64,000 bases of DNA from Patescibacteria group bacterium (GTDB lineage: Bacteria; Patescibacteriota; Minisyncoccia; Minisyncoccales; UBA5738), in assembly GCA_034678605.1 (NCBI GenBank), contig JAXDBQ010000039.1, forward strand, positions 1,172 through 65,171, read 5' to 3'. Made by a program: the position numbers and the translations under genes. This document shows positions 51,832 to 59,705 of this stretch, in pieces (the first letter of the stretch is position 1; each line of letters begins with the position of its first letter). The notes beneath the pieces are model-generated. The model was not told the DNA's origin. It searched no databases and was given only the letters and a program-made list of their open reading frames with translations.

Positions 51832-52359
51832 ATGAACATAAAAAAGATTGTGGTGGGGTCGTTGCAAACCAATTGTTATTTGCTGCTTGACGGCGGGGAA
51901 TTGGTGATTGTCGATCCGGGGGATGAAGCGCAAAAGATAATCGGCGAAATTCAAAAAATCGGCGCCGCGGTTAAATTCATCGTCAATACGCACCGGCATT
52001 TTGATCATATCGGCGCCAACCGCGAATTGGAAAAGGAATTTGGCGTGAGGAAGGTTGATCTAAAAGACGGCGATGTTGTATCGATCGGGCAAGTACGATT
52101 GCGCGCAGTGGCAACTCCGGGCCACACGCCCGAAGGGATTTGTTTGTTCGGAAAAGATTTCGCGATTACGGGCGACACTTTGTTTGCCGATGGTTTTGGC
52201 CGCACTGATTTGGCCGGCGGATCAAGCGCGGATATGGCCGTGTCGCTGGCGAAATTGGATAATTTAATTCCCGAGGGTGGCATGGTTTATCCGGGCCACG
52301 GCGATGTTTTTGTTTACAAAAAAGGCATGGCATTGGAGTGGCTCGATTATTTGGAATAA
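51832..52359 (+). CDS. Metallo-beta-lactamase fold hydrolase (glyoxalase II-like)
   Basis: TNCYLL..., NTHRHFDHIG, TPGHTPEG, GDTLF..., YPGHG. Confidence 0.8.
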   Translation: MNIKKIVVGSLQTNCYLLLDGGELVIVDPGDEAQKIIGEIQKIGAAVKFIVNTHRHFDHIGANRELEKEFGVRKVDLKDGDVVSIGQVRLRAVATPGHTPEGICLFGKDFAITGDTLFADGFGRTDLAGGSSADMAVSLAKLDNLIPEGGMVYPGHGDVFVYKKGMALEWLDYLE

Positions 52360-52519
52360 ATTCTAAGCACCAAATCGCAAATCCCCTGCCTTTGGCGAGG
52401 CTCGCCTCCGGCGGCAAACAATATCAAAATTCAAAATTTTAAAATTCAAAACAAAAATCAAAAAGAATTTTGTTTTGACATTTGTATTTTGATATTTGAA
52501 ATTGTTTAGGGTTTAGATT
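52360..52519. repeat. Word-hairpin family C carrying a G-family insert
   Basis: The arms are ttctaagcaccaaatcgcaaatcc ... gtttagggtttagattttgggatttagg. The insert cctgcctttggcgaggctcgcctccggcggc is at 52385-52415. Confidence 0.75.
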
Positions 52520-53584
52520 TTGGGATTTAGGATTTCAATTGAAATTGTGGATTTGAGCAAATTGGAAACGATATTGGCGGGGGAGCCGGCCTACCGGGCC
52601 AAGCAGGCGCGGGAGGCGGTTTTTGGTTCATTGATCGATGATTGGAGCCAGGCGCGGGAATTGCCTGAAAATTTGCGCCAAAAATTGGCGGCAGAGTGTT
52701 CGCTTGATATCAACGCCGAAATTTTCCATTCAAAAGACGGCGCTTCGGCCAAAGCGCTGATAACTTTGGCCGACGGAGCAAAGATCGAAACCGTGCTGAT
52801 GCGGCATGGCAGCCGCCCGCGGGCGAGCCTCGCCTTTCAGGCGGGCCGGAATACGGTTTGCGTGTCGTCGCAGGTCGGCTGCCCGATGGGGTGCGCTTTT
52901 TGCGCCACCGGCAAAATGGGTTTCAAGCGGAATTTATCGGCCGATGAAATTGCGGAACAGGTTTTGCTTTTCGCGCGGATTTTGAAAAAAGAAGGCCGGC
53001 GGGTTGACAACGTGGTTTTTATGGGAATGGGCGAGCCGTTCTTGAATTATGCCAATGTGATGGCCGCGGTTAAAATTTTAAACGACCAGCGGGGGTTGAA
53101 TATCGGCGGCCGCCATATTTCGATCTCCACTTGCGGAGTTGTCGAGGGAATCGAAAAGCTTGTCGATGAACCGATCCAAGTTAATTTGGCAATTTCGCTG
53201 CACGCGCCCAACGATGCTTTGCGTTCGAAGCTGATGCCGATCAACGCCAAATATCCGTTGAAAAAACCGGTCGAAACCATCGCGCATTATATCGAAAGAA
53301 CCAACCGGAGGGTGATGCTTGAATACATAATGATCGACAAGGTCAATGATTCGGATGATTGCGCCCGGGAACTGGCCGACCTGGTGAAAACGCGATTATC
53401 GCCCAAATTGGCGTTCGTCAACCTGATCCGCTACAACCCGACCGGAGAATTTTTGGCGTCGCCGCCGGAACGGGTAAAAGCTTTCAAGGATATTTTGATG
53501 AAAGCCGGTGTGGAAACCACTGAACGTTATCGCTTCGGCCGCCAGATCAAGGCCGCTTGCGGCCAATTGGCGGCCAAAAGTTAA
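52520..53584 (+). CDS. rlmN: 23S rRNA/tRNA (adenine-C2)-methyltransferase RlmN (radical SAM)
   Basis: YRAKQ..., CVSSQVGCPMGCAFCATG, GMGEP, SLHAP. The start is uncertain (TTG 52520 lies in repeat C; GTG 52547 is plausible). It contains an in-frame G-element at 52813-52849. Confidence 0.9.
   Translation: MGFRISIEIVDLSKLETILAGEPAYRAKQAREAVFGSLIDDWSQARELPENLRQKLAAECSLDINAEIFHSKDGASAKALITLADGAKIETVLMRHGSRPRASLAFQAGRNTVCVSSQVGCPMGCAFCATGKMGFKRNLSADEIAEQVLLFARILKKEGRRVDNVVFMGMGEPFLNYANVMAAVKILNDQRGLNIGGRHISISTCGVVEGIEKLVDEPIQVNLAISLHAPNDALRSKLMPINAKYPLKKPVETIAHYIERTNRRVMLEYIMIDKVNDSDDCARELADLVKTRLSPKLAFVNLIRYNPTGEFLASPPERVKAFKDILMKAGVETTERYRFGRQIKAACGQLAAKS
52813..52849. repeat. G-family GC mini-palindrome inside the rlmN CDS
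   Basis: ccgcccgc g ggcgagcctcgcc tttcag gcgggccgg. It encodes ..SRPRASLAFQAGR.. between the conserved LMRH and NTVCVSSQVGC blocks. Confidence 0.8.
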
Positions 53585-53673
53585 GCGAAAAGCGCAAAGA
53601 GCAAAGCGTAAAACAAGAATTCGAAATGCGTATTTTGCTTTAAGTTTTTCGCTTTTCGCTTTACACTTCCATT
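53585..53673. repeat. Word-hairpin family B, full hairpin
   Basis: gcgaaaagcgcaaagagcaaagcgtaaaacaagaattcg | aaatgcgtattttgctttaagtttttcgcttttcgctttacac. Confidence 0.8.
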
Positions 53674-53895
53674 ATGTTTGTTAAAGTTAAAGTGGCGCCT
53701 TGCGCCAAAGAGGAGCAAGTGGTCCAAGTCGCCCAAGACGCGCTCAAAATTTCGGTGCGTGAAAAGCCGGAGAACGGCCAAGCCAACGCGCGCGTCCGCG
53801 AGCTGGTGGCGTTCTATTTTGCGGTGCCGGCGGGCAAGGTGCATTTGGTAAAAGGGGCGCACGAATCGGCCAAAATATTCGAAATCCTCGATTGA
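53674..53895 (+). CDS. DUF167 (YggU/UPF0235) family protein
   Basis: VKVAPCAKEEQV ... KISVREKPENGQANARVRELVAFYFAVPAGKVHLVKGAHESAK. Confidence 0.75.
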   Translation: MFVKVKVAPCAKEEQVVQVAQDALKISVREKPENGQANARVRELVAFYFAVPAGKVHLVKGAHESAKIFEILD

Positions 53896-53978
53896 ATGCT
53901 TGATTTATGATTTAAGATTTATGATTTTTAAATTCGAGTTTGAATTATTCTTAAATCCTAAATCCTAAATCATTATTC
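53896..53978. repeat. Word-hairpin family C variant
   Basis: gaatgcttgatttatgatttaagatttatgatttttaaatt ... gaattattcttaaatcctaaatcctaaatcattattc. Confidence 0.7.
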
Positions 53979-53990
53979 TTGAATTTTATT

Positions 53991-54557
53991 ATGGATGATA
54001 TTTTATTAGTCGATGAAGATAATAATCCGACAGGGGCGGGGGAGAAAATGGATGTTCATCGGCGCGGAATTTTGCATCGCGCGTTTTCGATTTTGGTTTA
54101 TAATTCCAAAAAAGAAATGTTGTTGCAACGGCGCGCCATAATCAAGTATCATTGCCCGGGGCAGTGGAGCAACGCTTGCTGTTCGCATCCGGCGCCCGGC
54201 GCTCATTTATTGGTCGCGGCCCGAAAGCGGTTGAAAGAAGAAATGGGAATCGATATTCCGGTTAAAGAAACCGGCGTTGAGTTTATCTATAAAGTGAAAG
54301 TGGGCGACTTGACCGAATATGAATATGATTATTTGCTTTATGGTCAATTCGACGGCCAGCCTAAAATCAATCCCCAAGAGGCCGATGCGTGGAAATGGAT
54401 GGCTTTTGGCGATTTGCGGGCCGATATGAAAGAAAATCCCGAGGCCTATACGCCGTGGTTTCGCTTGATCGTGAGCCAAGGCGATAGCGACGCCGAGCAA
54501 ATTCCGGTGCCGCGGCTGGAAAAATACGAGATTAAAAAATTGGCAACCTACAAATAA
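53991..54557 (+). CDS. idi: Isopentenyl-diphosphate delta-isomerase, type 1 (Nudix)
   Basis: LVDEDNNPTG...HRRGILHRAFSILVYNSKKEMLLQRRAIIKYHCPGQWSNACCSHP ... E..Y.Y (Cys and Glu catalytic context). Confidence 0.85.
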   Translation: MDDILLVDEDNNPTGAGEKMDVHRRGILHRAFSILVYNSKKEMLLQRRAIIKYHCPGQWSNACCSHPAPGAHLLVAARKRLKEEMGIDIPVKETGVEFIYKVKVGDLTEYEYDYLLYGQFDGQPKINPQEADAWKWMAFGDLRADMKENPEAYTPWFRLIVSQGDSDAEQIPVPRLEKYEIKKLATYK

Positions 54558-54611
54558 AGCGTAAAGTTTAAAGCGCAAAGCGCAAAGTGAAAATACAAAA
54601 GCGCAGGCAAA

Positions 54612-55328
54612 ATGGAAAAAAATATTGCTGATGAATTATTGGAACAAACGCGTCAAAATTACGATTCGTTTGCCGAATCGTTTTCGCGAACGCGAGATTA
54701 TGTTTGGCCGGAATTTAAAAAATTGATCGGCGGCTATGCCAAATCCGGGGATAAGGTGTTGGATATCGGTTGCGGCAACGGCCGCTTATATCCGCTTTTT
54801 CAAGAAATCGGCGCGGATTATGTTGGCGCGGACAACTCAAAAAATTTGATTGGAATCGCGCAAAATAAATTTTCAACCGGCAAGTTCATTGTCGGCGACG
54901 CGTTGGGCTTGCCGTTCGCGGATGGATCGTTTGACGCGGTTGTATCTTTGGCCGTGGTTCATCATATTCCTTCAAGGGAGTACCGCCAAAAATTTTTCCA
55001 AGAAGCGGCGCGGGTTTTGAAGCCGGGCGGCTATTTTATCGCCGCGGCTTGGGATTTGTGGTTGGCGACAATGTTTGGAAATCGGCAATGGAAGCGCGTG
55101 AAAGGATTTTTAAAAACCCAGGTAAGAATCGCGCTTGGTTTGGAAAAATTGGATTTTGGCGATTTTTTCATTCCCTGGCAAAATCAATATCCGCGCTACC
55201 ATCATGCTTTTGGGCTGAATGAATTGAAAAATTTGGCAAAATTTGCCGGTTTTGAAATCAAGCAAGCTGGCATTGCCAAGGTTGGCCGCCGCGAACAAAA
55301 CCTTTACATCATCGCCAGGAAAGCTTAA
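54612..55328 (+). CDS. Class I SAM-dependent methyltransferase
   Basis: VLDIGCGNGRL, DAVVSLAVVHHI, LKPGG. Confidence 0.8.
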   Translation: MEKNIADELLEQTRQNYDSFAESFSRTRDYVWPEFKKLIGGYAKSGDKVLDIGCGNGRLYPLFQEIGADYVGADNSKNLIGIAQNKFSTGKFIVGDALGLPFADGSFDAVVSLAVVHHIPSREYRQKFFQEAARVLKPGGYFIAAAWDLWLATMFGNRQWKRVKGFLKTQVRIALGLEKLDFGDFFIPWQNQYPRYHHAFGLNELKNLAKFAGFEIKQAGIAKVGRREQNLYIIARKA

Positions 55329-55357
55329 AATGGGTGGAATAATTGTAAATTTTAATT

Positions 55358-56398
55358 ATGAAAATTGCCATTACCGGAACCTCGGGGTCGGGCAAGGATA
55401 CGCTTGCCGAATATTTGGTCCAAAAAAAAGGATTCGAAAAAATTTCTTTGTCTGGTTTGATTCGTGATGAAGCCAAGAATAGGCGGATCGAATCGACTCG
55501 CGAAAATTTGCGAAAACTGGGAAATGAAATGCGTCAAACGCAAGGCAATGATATTCTTGCCAAAATTGCGCTGGAAAAAATTGAGTCGGATAAAAATTAT
55601 ATTATTACCAGCGTGAGGCATCCGCAAGAAATTAAAATCTTATTCGATTCGGGCAGCTTTGTTTTGTTATCGGTTGACGCGCCGGTTGAAGTAAGGTTTG
55701 AGAGGGTATCGCGAAGAGGCGACGCGAAAGAAAAAAATATTAAAAATTTACAAGATTTTCAAAAAAGCGAAGCGCAAGAAATGGATTCGGATGATTTTTG
55801 CGGCCAAAAAGTCCGGCAATGCATGAATATGGCAAAGTTTACGATTTTAAACAACGGCGATAAAAATGATTTTTTTAAAAAATTTGATGATTTGTTTGAT
55901 GAATTAAAAAAAGAATCAAAATATGTTCGGCCGTCATGGGATCGTTATTTTATGGATTTGGTGCAGTCGATTGGTCAAAGGGGAACTTGCAATCGCGGCC
56001 GGGCCGGATGTTTGATCGCGCGCGACAAAAGAATTATCGCGACCGGCTATGCGGGCGCGCCGGAACGGCTTGACCATTGCGACGAGATAGGCCATTTATA
56101 TAAAGATACGATCCATGAAGATGGATCGGTTACCCGACATTGCATTCGTACGGTTCATGCCGAAGCGAATGCAGTCGCTCAGGCGGCAAAATATGGCATT
56201 GCGGTTGACGGCGCCACAATTTATTGCAAAATAGAGCCTTGTCTTGATTGTGCCAAGCTCTTGATTAGCGCGGGCATAAAAAAGGTAGTTTGCGAGACTC
56301 GTTATCATGCGGCCAAGGAAGCGCGCCAAATGCTTGCTGACGCGCGAGTTGAGATTGTTGCTTTAAATGATCAAGTGGAATCATACGGAAATAAATAG
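55358..56398 (+). CDS. Fusion of a P-loop nucleotide/nucleoside kinase-like domain with dCMP deaminase (ComEB/CDA zinc-deaminase fold)
   Basis: The N-terminus carries IAITGTSGSGKDTLAEYL (Walker A). The C-terminus carries RPSWDRYFMDL, TVHAEANA, and PCLDCAKLL (HAE ... PCxxC). Confidence 0.8.
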   Translation: MKIAITGTSGSGKDTLAEYLVQKKGFEKISLSGLIRDEAKNRRIESTRENLRKLGNEMRQTQGNDILAKIALEKIESDKNYIITSVRHPQEIKILFDSGSFVLLSVDAPVEVRFERVSRRGDAKEKNIKNLQDFQKSEAQEMDSDDFCGQKVRQCMNMAKFTILNNGDKNDFFKKFDDLFDELKKESKYVRPSWDRYFMDLVQSIGQRGTCNRGRAGCLIARDKRIIATGYAGAPERLDHCDEIGHLYKDTIHEDGSVTRHCIRTVHAEANAVAQAAKYGIAVDGATIYCKIEPCLDCAKLLISAGIKKVVCETRYHAAKEARQMLADARVEIVALNDQVESYGNK

Positions 56399-56418
56399 TC
56401 AGATATATTGCTTAAAAT

Positions 56419-56445
56419 AAAAATCCGCGGCTCGGCGGATTTTTC
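56419..56445 (+). terminator. Intrinsic terminator after the deaminase gene
   Basis: atccgc ggctcg gcggat followed by tttt. Confidence 0.6.
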
Positions 56446-56449
56446 GAAG

Positions 56450-56522
56450 GTGCGCCCGACAGGAATCGAACCTGTAGTCGCCGGCTTCGGAGGCCGGCAT
56501 TTTATCCATTAAACTACGGGCG
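56450..56522 (-). tRNA. tRNA-Arg (anticodon CCG)
   Basis: The reverse complement folds with acceptor gcgcccg/cgggcgc, anticodon stem ccggc/gccgg with loop ctCCGaa, and T arm acagg-ttcgatt-cctgt. There is no encoded CCA. Confidence 0.85.
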
Positions 56523-56585
56523 CGCGGCAAAGCAAGTATATCACAACACTTTATTTTTTCAATTTTTGGAATTTTAATTTCAAAT

Positions 56586-56614
56586 TTGACAAATGGAATT
56601 CAAAAAGCTAAAAA
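56586..56614 (+). promoter_or_regulatory. Sigma-70-like promoter (ttgaca - 17 nt - taaaaa)
   Basis: ttgaca at 56586-56591, a 17-nt spacer, and taaaaa at 56609-56614, immediately upstream of the structured RNA candidate. Confidence 0.45.
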
Positions 56615-56618
56615 GGAA

Positions 56619-56780
56619 GCGAGGGGATGAGGGTTTTTACCCAATACAGGCAGAAAGCCGGTCAGCGAAGGAGGTTGAGTTGGGCCATGCAGTCTCTGCC
56701 AGATTGCACTATGTAGCTTGGCTGATCTCGCGATTGGCTGTTCCCCTCGCCTAAAAGGCACCGATGCATCGGTGTTTTTT
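56619..56780 (+). ncRNA. Unclassified structured RNA candidate, about 160 nt (SRP-RNA-like or 6S-like; identity unresolved)
   Basis: No ORF. A 9-bp closing stem gcgagggga (56619-27) / tcccctcgc (56742-50). Internal hairpins gggt-tttt-accc, tcagc-gaaggag-gttga and ggcaga...tctgcc. A strong terminator caccgatgcatcggtg + tttttt lies at 56759-56780. Confidence 0.4.
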
Positions 56781-57105
56781 AGTTAGCACGCGCATTGAGC
56801 CCCATGGTTTGTCTTTGGACGATTTCAAAAAAGGGCGAAGCCCCATTGTGCCGGAAATTAAAAGCACGGGCTTGAAATTGGAATAACCAAAGCGATTTGT
56901 CGATTTATAAAACAAAAATTAAACTTTGACCGTCGCGAAAAATCCTCACAGCGGTTTTTTTTGATCTTGTTTGAAAAACTAAACAAATAGAAAAAATTTG
57001 ACATTTTGTGGCGGGGGGCGGTAATTTCACTTTATCCGGCGGTTTTGGTAGAATTAATTATTGGTATTTTTACTTTGCGCTTTGCGCTTTAAGTTTTTCA
57101 CTTTT

Positions 57106-57660
57106 ATGCAATACAAAATCGCGGTGTCGGGCGCGGCCGAGATCGGCCGTTGTTGCGACAACATAGTTTTGCTTTCAAAGGAGGTGGGCAAGGAAATCGC
57201 CCGCAACCATTGCGTTTTGGTTTCGGGCGCCACCACGGGCGTGCCCTATTTTTCGGCCCAGGGGTGCAAGCAGGCCGGGGGGTTCAACGTGGGTTTTTCG
57301 CCGGCCGGATCCGAGATCGAGCATTTGCGGCGCTACCGCTTGCCGCTGGATCCGTTTGACGTGATGATCTACACCGGATCGGATTATTCCGGCCGGGACA
57401 TTATTATGACCAAGTCGGCCGACGCCATCATTATTGTTTGCGGCCGCATGGGCACATTGCACGAATTTACCACGGCCGTGGAATGCAAAAAGATAATCGG
57501 CGTGCTGGAGGGTTCGGGCGGCACGGCCGACAAGATCCGCGATTTGGTGAAAGGAACCTATCGCGGAATAAAAAAAATCGAATATGATAACGATCCCATA
57601 ATGCTGGTGCGAAAAATCATTGAACGAGTAACCCGGGAAAAGAAAAAAGCCAAATTTTAA
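57106..57660 (+). CDS. LOG/TIGR00725-family Rossmann-fold nucleotide-binding protein
   Basis: KIAVSGAA ... VLVSGATTGVPYFSAQGCKQAGGFNVGFSP ... ADAIIIVCGRMGTLHEF. Confidence 0.65.
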   Translation: MQYKIAVSGAAEIGRCCDNIVLLSKEVGKEIARNHCVLVSGATTGVPYFSAQGCKQAGGFNVGFSPAGSEIEHLRRYRLPLDPFDVMIYTGSDYSGRDIIMTKSADAIIIVCGRMGTLHEFTTAVECKKIIGVLEGSGGTADKIRDLVKGTYRGIKKIEYDNDPIMLVRKIIERVTREKKKAKF

Positions 57661-57699
57661 AAGAAATTTGTTTTTAATTTTCGTTTGTGTTTTTGTATT

Positions 57700-57779
57700 T
57701 GTAGGGGCGAAACTATGTTTTCGCCCGCATTCGCATTTTGAAATCGCGGGTTCGGGGCGATTACATAGAATCGCCCCTA
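57700..57779. repeat. R1 REP-like element, copy d (inverted orientation)
   Basis: gtaggggcgaaactatgttttcgccc ... ggggcgattacatagaatcgcccctac. It supplies the last codons and stop (GTRRGDSM*) of the PAP2 gene. Confidence 0.85.
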
Positions 57780-58399
57780 CGGGTGCCAATTGCGATCGCG
57801 CCGTTCAAAACTGCGGCGCCGGCCAAAAATCCGGCAATGACGTCGGCAGGGTAGTGCGCGCCCAGATAGACGCGCGAAAATCCCACCAACAAAACGAATA
57901 TCGGCGCGATAATGTTTATCGTCCACAGCAGTTTTTTGTTTTTGACCGATTTGTTGGCCAAAAACAACAAGACGCCATAAAAAACCAGTGAGTTCATCGA
58001 ATGGCCCGATGGGAAACTATACCATGACGCGTCTTCCAGCGCCGGCATATCGGGAAATTCCGGTCGCGGCCGCTGGACAGTGTATTTCACGAGATTGTTG
58101 ATGATCACGCTGGTTAAAAGCGTGGCGGCGAAAAACAAAGCGGTTTGGCGCCGTTTTTTTATCCAAAAAGCCAGAATCATGATCGCGGTCAACAGGCCGG
58201 TGAACATCGTGGAACTGACCGTTGAAATCGCGGTTAGAATTTGCGTCAAAAACGGACTTCTTAAATCGTAGATCACTTTCGTCCATTGGGCGTCAAAATC
58301 CATTGTTTTATTGCCGGCCACCGCAAAAACGATCGTGGCGAATGCCACGACTAAAATTACGACCGTCGCCCCAAATTTGACTTTATTGGTTATTGTCAT
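57761..58399 (-). CDS. PAP2-family lipid phosphatase (undecaprenyl-diphosphatase / phosphatidate phosphatase type)
   Basis: KYTVQRPRP, SFPSGHS, SRVYLGAHYPADV (the three PAP2 motifs). Confidence 0.8.
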   Translation of the reverse strand: MTITNKVKFGATVVILVVAFATIVFAVAGNKTMDFDAQWTKVIYDLRSPFLTQILTAISTVSSTMFTGLLTAIMILAFWIKKRRQTALFFAATLLTSVIINNLVKYTVQRPRPEFPDMPALEDASWYSFPSGHSMNSLVFYGVLLFLANKSVKNKKLLWTINIIAPIFVLLVGFSRVYLGAHYPADVIAGFLAGAAVLNGAIAIGTRRGDSM

Positions 58400-58420
58400 A
58401 AATTGATTATAATCTAATAT

Positions 58421-58519
58421 GAATTATGAAACGCTTTGAATTTGTATTTTTGGGGTCGTTCCCCCGTGTAATCGCGGGGGTGCGACCCCGATAATAGTAT
58501 TAGAAGAGTTTCGTAATTC
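58421..58519. repeat. R2 MITE-like element, copy 4 (inverted orientation) with 12-bp TIRs
   Basis: TIRs are gaattatgaaac / gtttcgtaattc. The core is ggggtcgttcccccgtgtaatcgcgggggtgcgacccc. Confidence 0.8.
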
Positions 58520-58560
58520 GTGATAATTTAATATAATACCGCAATTTAACCTTAAACAAA

Positions 58561-59199
58561 ATGCACACAGATATTTTTATTTTCGGCGACAGCATTGGTT
58601 TTGGTAAATATGATTCAAGGGGCGGTTGGACTTATCGCTTGAACGAATTTTTCGAAACGGATTATCTTGCCGGAGGGGGGGGCGAAGCGTACGTCTATAA
58701 TCTCTCGATATCGGGCAATCGAACTGAAGACATATTGGAACGTTTTGAATCGGAAATGAGGCCGCGTTTTGCCGAGAAAAAAGATACCGTTATTGTTTTC
58801 GCGATTGGGCTTAATGATGCGGCGTTCGTGCACAGCAAGAAAGACAATTGGACGAACTTTGACGATTTTAAAAACAATCTTGAGAATCTGCTCATCAAAG
58901 CCAAAAATTTTTATGACAAAATTATTTTTCTCGGTTTAACCGCGACCGATCAAGCGATCGTGGATCCGATGCCATGGGATTTGGACAAATCCTATCTTGA
59001 TGCCGACGTCAAAAAATATGACGCGGCGTTGCGCGACATCTGCCAAAAATCAGGAGTTGGCTATATTTTGCTTTATGACAAATTCATTGCTGGCGGGTTG
59101 AAAAACTTGTTGCATGACGGCGCGCATCCCAACGCGGCCGGCCACCAGCTGATCTTCGAAACCCTCCGCGATCATCTGTTGGCCAACAAGATCATATAA
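58561..59199 (+). CDS. SGNH/GDSL-family hydrolase
   Basis: IFIFGDSIGFG (block I), GLND (block III), DGAHPN (block V). Confidence 0.8.
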   Translation: MHTDIFIFGDSIGFGKYDSRGGWTYRLNEFFETDYLAGGGGEAYVYNLSISGNRTEDILERFESEMRPRFAEKKDTVIVFAIGLNDAAFVHSKKDNWTNFDDFKNNLENLLIKAKNFYDKIIFLGLTATDQAIVDPMPWDLDKSYLDADVKKYDAALRDICQKSGVGYILLYDKFIAGGLKNLLHDGAHPNAAGHQLIFETLRDHLLANKII

Positions 59200-59270
59200 A
59201 TCAATTTAATCGATAACGGACACTCTCACATTCTTGAGAATGTGAGAATATCAGTAAATTTTTTAATAAA

Positions 59271-59702
59271 ATGAAAAAAGTTGGGTTTGGGGAGGTTGAA
59301 GAAATAATAAATGACTTTGTTTGCAAAAACAAAGAATTTTTGGCAGAGGTTGGAGTTTTGGTTGGGGTGAGCCGGGGCGGGCTGGTACCGGCCGCGCTTT
59401 TGGCGGCCAAAATTGATAAGCCGCTGGTGGCGGTTTATATCGATAAAAGCGACGAGATATTCTTTGACCGGGGCGAATGGATAGCAGGCAAGAATGTTTT
59501 GGCGGTTGACGATATTATCCGCTCGGGAAAAACCTTGCGGTTGGTGAATGATCGCTTGAAAAATTTTTGCGCGCCCCAAAATGTTTCGTTTTTCACACTT
59601 TTTAGGGTGTTGCCGCTAAACAATCCCAAATTTAACATTCCGTCGTTTTCCCGCAAGATCGATGAGGATGTCGTTTTCCTGTGGGACCATGACCGGAAGT
59701 AA
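59271..59702 (+). CDS. Phosphoribosyltransferase (purine PRTase-like)
   Basis: VLAVDDIIRSGKTL PRPP-binding loop. Confidence 0.7.
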   Translation: MKKVGFGEVEEIINDFVCKNKEFLAEVGVLVGVSRGGLVPAALLAAKIDKPLVAVYIDKSDEIFFDRGEWIAGKNVLAVDDIIRSGKTLRLVNDRLKNFCAPQNVSFFTLFRVLPLNNPKFNIPSFSRKIDEDVVFLWDHDRK

Positions 59703-59705
59703 AAA

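Noticed and set aside
56619-57060. I considered whether the gene-free interval holds RNase P RNA or tmRNA.
   Set aside because: I could not find the universally conserved RNase P P4 sequences (GAGGAAAGUCC / ACAGAA-type). I also found no tRNA-like GGGG... 5' end and ...UCCACCA-proximal 3' end of tmRNA. The structured part is also too short (about 160 nt).
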